A stretch of 64,000 nucleotides of DNA from Escherichia phage vB_Eco_F26: sequence record OP870145.1. One strand, 5' to 3'. The first letter of the stretch is position 1. Every line of letters starts with the position of its first letter. Under the pieces are notes generated by a model. It saw nothing but the letters and a program-made list of their open reading frames with translations. It was not told the DNA's origin and did no database searches. This document shows positions 19,342 to 29,091 of the stretch, piece by piece. A program made the position numbers and the translations under genes.

Positions 19342-19483
19342 TGAAAGCTTTAACTAATGCTTTATTAACTTCAGCATACTGAGTAGTAGCCCATTGAACG
19401 TCATCTTTCATCATTGTGGTTTCTTTAGTAAACATGCTTTCATTCTTAAACCACCCCATAAAAACTACTTTTACCAATTCCAT
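19301..19483 (-). CDS. dmd: Dmd-like antitoxin (60 aa from MELVKVV)
   Basis: 60-aa ORF directly downstream of gene 41; locus matches T4 dmd. Confidence 0.6.
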   Translation of the reverse strand: MELVKVVFMGWFKNESMFTKETTMMKDDVQWATTQYAEVNKALVKAFIDDKKVCEVDCRG

Positions 19484-19512
19484 AACAATCTCCACATTTA
19501 ACCAACAAGACT

Positions 19513-19542
19513 ACTATACCATAGTCTTGTCAGCTTGTAAAC
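19513..19542 (-). promoter_or_regulatory. T4-type early promoter (GTTTAC-N18-TATAGT) upstream of dmd
   Basis: Minus-strand GTTTAC 19537-19542, -10 19513-19518. Confidence 0.5.
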
Positions 19543-20969
19543 TAAAATTTTAATTCATTTGCCAAAGCATCTAACTGAGCTCGAGTGGATTCATTTCTTT
19601 GATAGCGATTCTGCTCAGCCTGAATCTGTTGTGAACCTGCTACCTCACTCACTCCAGTTGGAGTAGAATCTTGTTCAATTTCTACCCATTTCTGATTTCC
19701 TTTTTGAACACCCATCAAAAACTTATTCCACTTATTCTTATCACCATATCGTGATTTGATTTGCTTAATGAGTTGTTGCTCAGCGGCTGCTAGCTCCTCG
19801 GTTTCAATGACTGCAAGCATAAAATCAGCTGTTGCTGGAAGACCAGCAGATTCTGCAATATCGCTCATGTTAACATCAGAAGAATCCCAAGCTTGCTTAC
19901 CAACCTGTGCTGCAGTCCAAAGAACAGTTTCGGTTTCAACAGCCAGAGCACGCAATTCCTCTGCGATAGCTTTAACAGTTGTGTAACTATTTTCTGAATA
20001 AACTCTAATGCGGCAAGATTTACAAATACCTAGATAGTCGACAATAATGATTGTTGGAACAAAATTCTTTTTGAGCTTCAATTCATTCAAGAGAGACCTG
20101 AATGTATTAGCGTCTGCTCCACCAGTAGGATACTGTTTAACGATTAAACGACCAAGAGTAGATTTCTCACGCCATTTTTCCATTTTTCCTTTATATTCAG
20201 CGTAAGAAATATGTCCATCATCAATATCGTCAAGAGAAACATCGAGCATGTTAGCATCAATACGTTTAGCACAGACTTCTTCTGCCATTTCCATGGAGAT
20301 ATAAAGAACGTTATGTCCGAGCTGCAAATAATCTGCTGCTAATGAACAAAGTCCTAATGATTTACCAACGTTAACGCCAGCCATTAAAACGTTCAGTGTT
20401 CCAGTCTCAGCTCCACCTTTAGTAATTTTGTTTAGAATTCTGAGTTTAAATGGAACCTTACGAGCTTTATTCATATAAGATAGCCAACGCGCTTCGTAGT
20501 CATCCATCCAATCATGACCAACGTAACTATCAAATGAAATAGATAATGCCTGGCGCATGATGTCAGGAATAGCACCTACATCTGGCATTTTCTTATTTCG
20601 TTTTTCCGGAGGAAGCTCAGCATTAGTTTGAATTTCAATTATTTTAGATGTGGCGTTAAACATCGCCCTTTGCTGAACATATTTTTCTGTTTCTTTTACT
20701 AACCAGCTGTGGTCTTCCGGAGAATCAGCTAGTTTTGAAATAAGTGTTTTTACACCAGAATATTCTGTTTCAGTAAATGAACTATTTTCTAATGCAACAT
20801 TTAACGCATTAATAGATGGAACGCTATGATACTCATTAACATGAGATTTAATTAATTTGAATGTATTTTTAGCTGGACCACTTTCAAAATATTCTGAATC
20901 CATATATGGCCAAACTTTTGAAAAATAAGCTTGATCAAATATGAGATGAGAAAGAATAATTTCTACCAC
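19542..20969 (-). CDS. 41: replicative DNA helicase (DnaB-like), 475 aa
   Basis: Walker A GVNVGKS, RecA-like core; 475 aa as T4 gp41. Confidence 0.9.
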   Translation of the reverse strand: MVEIILSHLIFDQAYFSKVWPYMDSEYFESGPAKNTFKLIKSHVNEYHSVPSINALNVALENSSFTETEYSGVKTLISKLADSPEDHSWLVKETEKYVQQRAMFNATSKIIEIQTNAELPPEKRNKKMPDVGAIPDIMRQALSISFDSYVGHDWMDDYEARWLSYMNKARKVPFKLRILNKITKGGAETGTLNVLMAGVNVGKSLGLCSLAADYLQLGHNVLYISMEMAEEVCAKRIDANMLDVSLDDIDDGHISYAEYKGKMEKWREKSTLGRLIVKQYPTGGADANTFRSLLNELKLKKNFVPTIIIVDYLGICKSCRIRVYSENSYTTVKAIAEELRALAVETETVLWTAAQVGKQAWDSSDVNMSDIAESAGLPATADFMLAVIETEELAAAEQQLIKQIKSRYGDKNKWNKFLMGVQKGNQKWVEIEQDSTPTGVSEVAGSQQIQAEQNRYQRNESTRAQLDALANELKF

Positions 20970-20978
20970 ACTTACTCC

Positions 20979-21341
20979 TTAAAAGAATTTAAATTTTTTC
21001 TTTGACCTTTTATTAAATGCATCTTGTAGTTGCATTGTAATACATTTTTCTACATGAGGAGCTAACTCAGCTTTTCTTTCTTGGTCAAGAACAGCAAAGT
21101 CCATTACGACTTTTCCATCAACCCAATCTAATTTTGTCACATACACAATGTGTGTAGAACCATCTTCTAGTTTAATGACAATCTCCTGGATAACATTTTC
21201 CATAGCGGATTTAATTATCTTAAGAGACTCATTAAAAAGACGTTCTTTTCTTTCTTCTTCCCCCTCCGAAGAGGGGGATTCATCGATAATTTCTAGATCT
21301 AAGTCTAAATCATCTTTATTCATTAAATTCTTCCATATCAC
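20979..21341 (-). CDS. 40: gp40-like protein (120 aa)
   Basis: Locus between 41 and uvsX; acidic N-terminus. Confidence 0.55.
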   Translation of the reverse strand: MIWKNLMNKDDLDLDLEIIDESPSSEGEEERKERLFNESLKIIKSAMENVIQEIVIKLEDGSTHIVYVTKLDWVDGKVVMDFAVLDQERKAELAPHVEKCITMQLQDAFNKRSKKKFKFF

Positions 21342-22497
21342 TTAACTGCTCGAGGTCAGTTTCTAAATCAGCTGCTGATTTACTTTTACTTTCTGGAGAT
21401 TTAAATTTTTCAACCTTTGAGTTAATCAATTCATCAACTTCAGCTTCAACAATTTCATTACTATCAATAGCACCTAACTGATAAGCGCGTTTAATAGCAT
21501 CTCGGAATGGTTGATGCTTAAATAAAGGACCCCAGAATGTAGTGCAGTTGGTATCTTTTGCACGCCAAGATTTTTCTTCGCGAATCATCTCACCGGTTTC
21601 TTCGTCAAGAAATTCACGAGCATACCAGCCATTTTTAGGTTTTACTACAAATCCTAATTCTAGAGCCATATCTAACAGTCCAGAATAAGGATCGATACCA
21701 CCGTCAAATTTAACATCAATAAAGAATTTACTTTTTTCTTTAACGGTACGAGATTTTTCTACATTTAGAACAAATTGATACCCCTGAAGATCAGAACCAT
21801 CTTTAATCTGACGTTTACCGATAATGAATACGGTATCAGCCGAATACATTACGCCTGTACCACCTGTCATCACGGTTTTACTAAACATTTCAATTGTTTC
21901 AATTGTATGGTTAACCGCAACACATGGAATATTTTTAATGCTAAAGTAAGGAGTAACAATACGGAATAATGACTTCAGTGATTTAGCACGAGTCATATCT
22001 GCCACAGATTTTTCATTCAAGGCATCTTCCGTTTCTTTCTTAGAAGCCATATTACCGATTGAGTCGATGAATACAATAACCTTTTCACCGCGATCAATAG
22101 CTTCAAGCTGATTCACCATATCAATTTTCAGCTGTTCAACTGACTGGATTGGCGTATGAATTACTCGTTCTGGGTCAACCCCCATGGATCGCAAATAAGC
22201 TGGAGTAATACCAAATTCGCTATCATAGAATAGACAAACCGCGTCAGGATATTTGTTCAAATACGCCGCAACCATAGTCAAAGACATATTTGATTTAAAG
22301 TGTTTAGAAGGCCCTGCGAAAATAGTTAAACCAGACTGCATACCACCATCAATCGCACCAGAAATAGCAATATTAAGCATTGGAATTTTTGTACGAATTA
22401 CATCCTTTTCATTAAAGAATTTAGATGTAGTCAGTTCAGCAGTCATTTTAGAAGTGGAAGCTTTAATCAAACGGGATTTTAAATCTGCAATAGACAT
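21316..22497 (-). CDS. uvsX: UvsX recombinase (RecA/Rad51 family), 393 aa
   Basis: Walker A GPSKHFKS, RecA fold, acidic C-terminal tail. Confidence 0.9.
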   Translation of the reverse strand: MSIADLKSRLIKASTSKMTAELTTSKFFNEKDVIRTKIPMLNIAISGAIDGGMQSGLTIFAGPSKHFKSNMSLTMVAAYLNKYPDAVCLFYDSEFGITPAYLRSMGVDPERVIHTPIQSVEQLKIDMVNQLEAIDRGEKVIVFIDSIGNMASKKETEDALNEKSVADMTRAKSLKSLFRIVTPYFSIKNIPCVAVNHTIETIEMFSKTVMTGGTGVMYSADTVFIIGKRQIKDGSDLQGYQFVLNVEKSRTVKEKSKFFIDVKFDGGIDPYSGLLDMALELGFVVKPKNGWYAREFLDEETGEMIREEKSWRAKDTNCTTFWGPLFKHQPFRDAIKRAYQLGAIDSNEIVEAEVDELINSKVEKFKSPESKSKSAADLETDLEQLSDMEEFNE

Positions 22498-22574
22498 TCA
22501 TTTTTTCCATAGGCATCATTATATTTTCCTCACTGGTTAAAGATAGAGTAATTATAACACAATAAATTTAGGCA

Positions 22575-23423
22575 TTAATCAACTGCTATTGGATGAATAG
22601 CATTAAACTTATGAAATGCTTCTGATTTTTCTTTACGAGAAACACACATGCGAAGAACCTTTAATGGCTCGTCTTCTTCACCCAACGATTTTCGTTTTTC
22701 AATATTAGAAGTTTTCCAACGAGCTTGCTCTGGAAACTCTCTATTGATTTGTTCAAGCGCTCTATTATGTTTAGAATTACTACGAATTGAACTGCACCCG
22801 CCGGGAGCGTGTGATTTTCCAGATACAACTAGATATTTGAACAAGGCCAAATGCGGATAACCTTGATTAATTAAATTGAGAAATGCATACATATCTTCAC
22901 ATAAATCAATTTTTCCATACCCAATTTGTTCTGTCGTAAGTTTTCCGAGGTCATACCATGTATTCGTGAATCCATATGAGTTTTCACGATAATTACCCCA
23001 AGATGAAGTAATTTTAAAAATTGGTAGACGAGCATGACCGTGATAATACCCGCAATCCATAGCATCCTCAACGTATTGAATTAATTCATAGAACTGTTCA
23101 CGAGTTAATTGATTAATTTTATCTACGCGCCGTTTATCGTCTCTCTTTCGTATTGAACTCATACGAATAGTAGTATCATCATCAATCATCCAGATTCGTT
23201 GACCTGCATACATATCAGTAATTGCTTTACGAGTACCGGCAATTCCATTAACATCATCAGGAATAGTTACAATTTTAGCTCTAGACCCATAAGCATCATA
23301 ATAAGCTTTTTCTTCGTGTTCACGCACTACAATATGTGGTTCATAATCAGTCGGAAACATATCAAGGGCAGAAACTGCCCCGACACGCTGATAACTTGGA
23401 ATTACGAATTGAATCATTTCCAC
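22575..23423 (-). CDS. GT-A fold glycosyltransferase (282 aa) at the beta-glucosyltransferase locus
   Basis: FVIPSYQR N-terminal strand and DxD motif (IWMIDDDTT) typical of GT-A/GT2-like enzymes; lies between uvsX and gene 42. Confidence 0.55.
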   Translation of the reverse strand: MEMIQFVIPSYQRVGAVSALDMFPTDYEPHIVVREHEEKAYYDAYGSRAKIVTIPDDVNGIAGTRKAITDMYAGQRIWMIDDDTTIRMSSIRKRDDKRRVDKINQLTREQFYELIQYVEDAMDCGYYHGHARLPIFKITSSWGNYRENSYGFTNTWYDLGKLTTEQIGYGKIDLCEDMYAFLNLINQGYPHLALFKYLVVSGKSHAPGGCSSIRSNSKHNRALEQINREFPEQARWKTSNIEKRKSLGEEDEPLKVLRMCVSRKEKSEAFHKFNAIHPIAVD

Positions 23424-24154
23424 TCACCTTTATAGTCTTTTTTCACAATATGAGTTTCGCCAGTATTCCACCAATGATCAACCAAGTAAAAATGACGAGA
23501 ATATACATGAAGACTTCCGACATTCCATATAATAGAACCTGCTTTATACTGACGAGTTGAATCGCCTGCATTCAAATCAGATACTAATTTATCTAATACG
23601 TATTTTTGCCATGCATAATCATTACGGAATCCGAAGACCACGTCATTTGAGCGCATGCTTACTACTGCATTGACTTTCTTATCACGAATCAGGTACTGTA
23701 CTGTATTAGTACACATGAAATCTGACATACCATCTTTATTGTAGTCAAATTGCATGGATGGACGAGTATAAATCATGATACCACGTCGAGAATCAGGATT
23801 TTGACCAAGTTCAGCTAAACACATATCATACTGGGCATAGTTATCTTCTGACCAAATAGCCCAACCATAATTCGAGTTAATTTCGCCTTTAGAAGATGCT
23901 ACCTGCTGCCAAATCTTTGGTGTTTCACCTGGAATATCTTTAACAAACAAGCTCTTAGATTTATACCATTCAAGTTCGCGCTGAATGTATTCATCATTAA
24001 GAGCGCCAAAAATAAACGGTTCATCTGCTACAAATGATGCGCCAATAATTTCAATAGTTTTAACACCGGTTTTATCAACTACGAAATCTTTTTCTTTTAA
24101 TGCAAGCCCCAAATGAAGACGGATTTCTTCAACTGTCATAGAGTCACTAATCAT
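23414..24154 (-). CDS. 42: dCMP hydroxymethylase (246 aa)
   Basis: Thymidylate-synthase-like fold; 246 aa as T4 gp42. Confidence 0.85.
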   Translation of the reverse strand: MISDSMTVEEIRLHLGLALKEKDFVVDKTGVKTIEIIGASFVADEPFIFGALNDEYIQRELEWYKSKSLFVKDIPGETPKIWQQVASSKGEINSNYGWAIWSEDNYAQYDMCLAELGQNPDSRRGIMIYTRPSMQFDYNKDGMSDFMCTNTVQYLIRDKKVNAVVSMRSNDVVFGFRNDYAWQKYVLDKLVSDLNAGDSTRQYKAGSIIWNVGSLHVYSRHFYLVDHWWNTGETHIVKKDYKGEWK

Positions 24155-24307
24155 TTAAACCTCAATTGATACATTCATATTTAACTTGTAACAGTAATAA
24201 ACCCCAACCTAAAATAATAGTTGGAATCATAAGAGGAACCGTTACACTATAGTATATACTTATTATAATCATCAAGATTAAAAGCAACACTGCTATAATT
24301 TTGCTTT

Positions 24308-24559
24308 TCATTCCTTCTCTCTGATGATAATTACCTGATTTGGTTGTGCAGACTTTTTAGTTTCATCCGCAATTGACCAAATAAATGTAATAAACCAACC
24401 AATAATTGACCAGTTAAACAGTAAAGACGTGAAAAAGATTCCTACTGTTGATTTTGACCCACGCATCAAGGCGATGAACCATGGAAGCATGTATATAATA
24501 ATAGCCAACACGCCTGAAACTAAAACCATAAAAATTGAACCTGCTACTAAAGTTTCCAT
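24308..24559 (-). CDS. imm: immunity (superinfection exclusion) membrane protein (83 aa)
   Basis: Two TM helices; 83 aa; downstream of gene 43 and upstream of 42 as in T4. Confidence 0.75.
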   Translation of the reverse strand: METLVAGSIFMVLVSGVLAIIIYMLPWFIALMRGSKSTVGIFFTSLLFNWSIIGWFITFIWSIADETKKSAQPNQVIIIREKE

Positions 24560-24566
24560 GTTTTCC

Positions 24567-24947
24567 TCACTTAGTCAAATTTTTTACACACGAATTATAA
24601 GAATTCACTACATACTCCATCGGAGCATTTTTACCTGTACGCCATTGGTAATTATTAGCCCAATTTGCCCAAAGTTCTGCACAGTAGTTTTCAATTTTTT
24701 CTTCGCGTGTAATTACATCCGAATTACGATATGCTTGAGCAGATTCATCTGGACGAATAGCTTCGTCAAAATTCGCCTGCATTTGTTCTACTGTCTGTTT
24801 TGGAGCTTCTTTATAACACTTGACATTAGGATTATAAAATTTGCTTGAACAGTTTACAATTTTTCCTACATCAGACTGATTTACTACCGGTCCTTGAGCT
24901 ACACAACCAGTAAGACCTAATGCAATAACCAAAATAGCGATTTTCAT
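24567..24947 (-). CDS. predicted lipoprotein (126 aa)
   Basis: Signal peptide with lipobox LTGC (MKIAILVIALGLTGCVAQ). Confidence 0.5.
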   Translation of the reverse strand: MKIAILVIALGLTGCVAQGPVVNQSDVGKIVNCSSKFYNPNVKCYKEAPKQTVEQMQANFDEAIRPDESAQAYRNSDVITREEKIENYCAELWANWANNYQWRTGKNAPMEYVVNSYNSCVKNLTK

Positions 24948-24957
24948 AATAATTTCC

Positions 24958-25200
24958 TCAAATGCAAGTAGTAATTACTCCAGTAGTGCTTACACAGGTA
25001 TTACCTAATTGAACACCCAGCGTTCCATTAGTATTCATATGAAGATTATCATCAATTTTTGTTGATACTTTACCATTCATGTGAATAACAGTATTAGATT
25101 CAATTACATTCTGAGTGTCATTTTCAATATCAATATCAATAAATGGAACAGCTGCTAATGCAACTAAACACACTGCTAAACAACCATAAACAATTTTCAT
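24958..25200 (-). CDS. small secreted/membrane protein (about 80 aa from MKIVYG)
   Basis: ORF track starts at 25389, but early promoter at 25235-25264 favours internal ATG at 25200; hydrophobic N-terminus. Confidence 0.4.
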   Translation of the reverse strand: MKIVYGCLAVCLVALAAVPFIDIDIENDTQNVIESNTVIHMNGKVSTKIDDNLHMNTNGTLGVQLGNTCVSTTGVITTCI

Positions 25201-25234
25201 TTTATTCTCCAAATCCGTATCAGTTGATAGTTGT

Positions 25235-25264
25235 ATAGTACCATAGAAGAGCAGGGATGTAAAC
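25235..25264 (-). promoter_or_regulatory. T4-type early promoter (GTTTAC-N18-TACTAT)
   Basis: Minus-strand GTTTAC 25259-25264; conserved downstream block shared with 56523-56560. Confidence 0.5.
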
Positions 25265-25351
25265 AGTTTTGTGAAAAAATTTTTAATGAATTTACAGGAC
25301 CTAGAATCATCTATTTTTCCTAAGTATAGATTTATATTACTTGTATGAAAA

Positions 25352-25369
25352 GGGGACCCGGAGGTCCCT
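25352..25369 (-). terminator. hairpin (GGGACC-CGGA-GGUCCC) immediately after gene 43
   Basis: 6-7 bp GC stem 12 nt downstream of gene 43 stop; short U-run. Confidence 0.45.
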
Positions 25370-25381
25370 AGATTTATTCTA

Positions 25382-28078
25382 TCAGCCAAACAGGAAGTCT
25401 AACGAAGCTTTTTCCTCATAATCCATACCTGCCGATTCACACATACCCGCAAGCGGTTTAACAAACGATTTTTGGAACAAAGTTGAGTGGTCAATCCAAG
25501 ACAGTACGTCAGAACGAATTTCTTTTGGAAGTTCTGTGCCCGACGGCCAAGCAATACACTTGTCACCAAATGGATTTCCCTCACGTAATGGAAGAACCAT
25601 TACCTTATTTCCATCCAAAATTGGAGCTACACCTAAACCACTAACAGCTCGACGATAAGTTAGCACACCACGAATATGGAACGGGCATTTAAATCCTGGC
25701 CAACCTTTATCGTCATATTTCGCTATATCGTTCGCAGTTTTTACTTCAGCAATAACTTTATAGTCAAGTTGACGATATTCTTTCTCGAAGTTCTTGTAAT
25801 ATTCTTGGACAGACTCTTCGCCTTCCTGAAGAATACGACGAATACTTTCTTCGAGAGCTTCTTGTACTGCTTTTGGTGTTGAACTCTGTTGAGTTTCCAT
25901 ACCCATGATTTTTAGATGCGGTTCAGCAAATCGCTTATCTTCCATATCATAAACGTTCAGAGCATAACGCTTTTTCGCTTTCCAAAATCCACCAACTCCC
26001 TTTGAACCAAGCGGAGGGCAAGAAATAGCTTCACGGTCCATATGCATCAGATGCTCGCGGTTATTCATATAATCACATAACTCGCGATATGCAACATCAA
26101 TCATAGGTTCCATCTTTTTCTTACCGAACTGATTCATGAATTCAACTAAATCGTTCTGCTCTTTGAATCTGTCAAGACCAACTTTTTCAATAACTTTATC
26201 TACACAAACATATACCGAATCAGTATCACCTGCTGCGATGAAATCTTCATCATTAGTTCCGCATACTTTATTCAGATATTCATTAATTTTACGAGCAATC
26301 CACTGAATACCAACTTGGCCGAAAATTGTGATAGCAGTAGCATTTCGCAAATCATAGTAACGGAAATGAATATTACCAAGAGCACCATAAAGACTGTTAA
26401 TAAGAATTTTACGGTTCAGTTGATTTGTATTAGCAAGTGTAGCCGCTTTTTCACATTCTTCAATCAGACTATTGAGAACGGATTCGGTGTAATTCGATAG
26501 TTCATTTAAGAAATCATCACTGAACTTAACATATCGTTCAACTTCTGGTTTAGTTGAACAAGACCCTGCGCCTTTCATAATAATCTTTTTAATAGCTTCG
26601 GCATTCATTTCTTCAGCGAACATTTTCTTTTTCCAATCTTTACGCTGGAAAAATACTTTAGCGATTTCCTTTGGAATGATACCTTCTTGATGCTTATCAT
26701 ACATCCATCCATTCGGAGAACAAGAATATTCATCACTCGGTTTAGGAGCTGTTCCTGCAATATATTCATGAATTGGATGAACTTTAAACTGCCCACGAAT
26801 AGTCTCAGGACTAATGTTAACCTGACGAATAATGCTAGGATACAGAGACGTCAAGTCAAAACTCATAATGTATCGACGAGCAATCGGTTTAGGTTCAAAC
26901 ACAAATGCACCTGGAAAACTCTGTTTAACGTGCGAACCTTGTTGAGGAATAACCTTATGTTCACCTTTCAGTGAGTTAAAAATAATAGCATCCCAAGTTT
27001 TAATAGGACTCATTACACCAGAAAAAGGCATTTTAGCGTAATAAGACATACTTAAAACTAGATCGATAAACCCACGAATTTTATCAATTGCTTGAACTGA
27101 TTCTACGTCAATGATGTTATAACTAATGTATCGTTGATGATTAGTTTCACGAAGTTTATTAATAGGACCGTCGTATGGTAATTTACCTTTTTTGGTTTCA
27201 TGCTGAGCAACTGATTCCAAAGAGAATGACGGCAAATTAGTAAATGCGAATTTCTTATACAAATCTAAATAATCAAGAATAGATACGCCATCAATAGAAT
27301 AAATTTCTTTGCTACCGTACATATTTTGGATAAGTTTAGATTTTACTCGACCGATTGGAGAGAAGCGTTTCATACTACGTTCACCGAGAACCATTTTAAC
27401 GCGATTCATGATATACGGAACGTCAAACCCCTCAATATTCCAACCAGTAAAAATAGCAGGTCGTTTCTGTTCCCAGAGATTGATATATTCCATGAGCATA
27501 TCACGCTCATTATCGAATGGCATATAAATTACTCGGTCAAGAATTTCTTGAGGAACTTCATCACCACCTTCACAGTCAAGCTTAGCAGCTAACTTTGCAT
27601 CCCATTTTGATACTGAACCGTACATTGAATTCAAAAGGTCGAAAACATAAAAACGGTCGTCAATTGAATCATAATGAGTGATAGCATCAATTTCATATTC
27701 TGCTTTCATTGGGTCAGGAAATTTATCACCAGTAACCTCAATGTCACAGTTAGCTACACGAACAAATTTTCGGTCATAAACAATTTCTGAACCATATGTA
27801 TCACTGATATAAGCGAGTTTAAAATCGTTCATACCGAGAGCTTCGAGACCGATGTCTTCCATTCGCTTCATCCAATCTCGAGCATCTTTCATTGATGGAA
27901 ATTTTTGAGGAGCGCAGTTTTTACCATAGATGTCTTTGTATTTTGACTCTTCCTTACAATGCCTAAACATAGTCGGAAGATATTCTACTTCACGAGTACG
28001 TTCCTTTCCGTTTTCATCAATATAACGTTCAACAATGTTATTTCCAACTGTTTCGATAGAGATATAAAATTCTTTCAT
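25382..28078 (-). CDS. 43: DNA polymerase, family B (898 aa)
   Basis: Exo I motif DIE (CDIEVTGD), pol motif A DLTSLYPS, motif C GDTDS; 898 aa. Confidence 0.95.
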   Translation of the reverse strand: MKEFYISIETVGNNIVERYIDENGKERTREVEYLPTMFRHCKEESKYKDIYGKNCAPQKFPSMKDARDWMKRMEDIGLEALGMNDFKLAYISDTYGSEIVYDRKFVRVANCDIEVTGDKFPDPMKAEYEIDAITHYDSIDDRFYVFDLLNSMYGSVSKWDAKLAAKLDCEGGDEVPQEILDRVIYMPFDNERDMLMEYINLWEQKRPAIFTGWNIEGFDVPYIMNRVKMVLGERSMKRFSPIGRVKSKLIQNMYGSKEIYSIDGVSILDYLDLYKKFAFTNLPSFSLESVAQHETKKGKLPYDGPINKLRETNHQRYISYNIIDVESVQAIDKIRGFIDLVLSMSYYAKMPFSGVMSPIKTWDAIIFNSLKGEHKVIPQQGSHVKQSFPGAFVFEPKPIARRYIMSFDLTSLYPSIIRQVNISPETIRGQFKVHPIHEYIAGTAPKPSDEYSCSPNGWMYDKHQEGIIPKEIAKVFFQRKDWKKKMFAEEMNAEAIKKIIMKGAGSCSTKPEVERYVKFSDDFLNELSNYTESVLNSLIEECEKAATLANTNQLNRKILINSLYGALGNIHFRYYDLRNATAITIFGQVGIQWIARKINEYLNKVCGTNDEDFIAAGDTDSVYVCVDKVIEKVGLDRFKEQNDLVEFMNQFGKKKMEPMIDVAYRELCDYMNNREHLMHMDREAISCPPLGSKGVGGFWKAKKRYALNVYDMEDKRFAEPHLKIMGMETQQSSTPKAVQEALEESIRRILQEGEESVQEYYKNFEKEYRQLDYKVIAEVKTANDIAKYDDKGWPGFKCPFHIRGVLTYRRAVSGLGVAPILDGNKVMVLPLREGNPFGDKCIAWPSGTELPKEIRSDVLSWIDHSTLFQKSFVKPLAGMCESAGMDYEEKASLDFLFG

Positions 28079-28108
28079 AGATATTCCTTAGTTTATAGCC
28101 CGAGTTAT
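28079..28108 (-). promoter_or_regulatory. gene 43 translational operator region (hairpin AGCCU-AAUAACUC-GGGCU + SD)
   Basis: 5-bp stem / 8-nt loop hairpin directly 5' of SD AAGGA and gene 43 ATG; matches known gp43 autoregulatory RNA operator architecture. Confidence 0.55.
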
Positions 28109-28126
28109 TAGGCTCTTGATATATTA

Positions 28127-28144
28127 TACTCCAAATAAGGGGCC
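28127..28144 (-). terminator. GC hairpin with tetraloop (GGGGC-UUCG-GCCCC) after regA, followed by TATAAT
   Basis: Inverted repeat; -10-like TATAAT at 28113-28118 downstream on minus strand. Confidence 0.45.
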
Positions 28145-28156
28145 GAAGCCCCTTGC

Positions 28157-28525
28157 TTAATTACCAATCGTATATTTAGGAACGAGTTTCCATTCGTGTT
28201 TTTGTTTAAAAGAAATAACTCGGAAGTTATTAGTTAAATCTTTCATAAAAGTTCTTTGACCAGGAACGATTTCAATCAGTCCCCAATCTTCTAATAGCCA
28301 TGCAATCGAATCACGACGAACTTCATCTTCTTCTGTCATTTCAACTTGGCGACCATCCATACGAAGCATTTCTTTAAAATGAACGATATAGTATAGTCCT
28401 TTTTTCTGAAGAATATGACAGGACTGATACAGAACTTTATCTTTATTATTAGCAATTCCCATACGAGTCAAAGTTTCTTTTACTTTCAGAAAATCTTCAG
28501 GTTTTTTAAGAGTAATTTCAATCAT
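28157..28525 (-). CDS. regA: RegA translational repressor (122 aa)
   Basis: 122 aa; locus between 62 and 43. Confidence 0.8.
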   Translation of the reverse strand: MIEITLKKPEDFLKVKETLTRMGIANNKDKVLYQSCHILQKKGLYYIVHFKEMLRMDGRQVEMTEEDEVRRDSIAWLLEDWGLIEIVPGQRTFMKDLTNNFRVISFKQKHEWKLVPKYTIGN

Positions 28526-28526
28526 T

Positions 28527-29090
28527 TTACCATTCCAATGCTAGTTTTTTGAGTTGTTTCTGTTCTTTTACGTTCTTAGTCACTTCTTTCAAAAAATCAT
28601 CCGTGACTAATCCTTTAAGTTCTTTTAATACTAAAGGTAGTTTTCCATTTTTAGTAAGAATTGATTTATAGTTAATTGCATCATTTGTATTAACTTGATA
28701 CCGCTTAGCAAGTAACTTAATAATCAATACTTCGGTGGAATCTTCAACTAGTTTTGCCCATTTACCATATCTTTTACCACGAGGAACTGCAGCCATTAGA
28801 TAATTAAAATGAGCTTCATCACTTAAGCCTGATCCAATTAAATTCATAGCATATACAGCTGGCATGCACTCCGGAAATTGCGATAATGCATTCTCAACCA
28901 TGTATTTTGAATACTCTTTTTGAGCAATAGAGCATTTAGTTTTATTATTAATAGCTCCAATTATTTCAAAAAACTCATTTTCAGCTTTTTCTTTAAAAGA
29001 ATCGGCAGCGGATTGGACAGCTGTCCAATCTTTAGAATACCAAGCAACTTGATGCTCGTTTAATTGAATATCATCTTCAAATAAGCTCAT
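28527..29090 (-). CDS. 62: clamp loader small subunit (187 aa)
   Basis: 187 aa, adjacent to gene 44. Confidence 0.8.
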   Translation of the reverse strand: MSLFEDDIQLNEHQVAWYSKDWTAVQSAADSFKEKAENEFFEIIGAINNKTKCSIAQKEYSKYMVENALSQFPECMPAVYAMNLIGSGLSDEAHFNYLMAAVPRGKRYGKWAKLVEDSTEVLIIKLLAKRYQVNTNDAINYKSILTKNGKLPLVLKELKGLVTDDFLKEVTKNVKEQKQLKKLALEW

Positions 29091-29091
29091 A

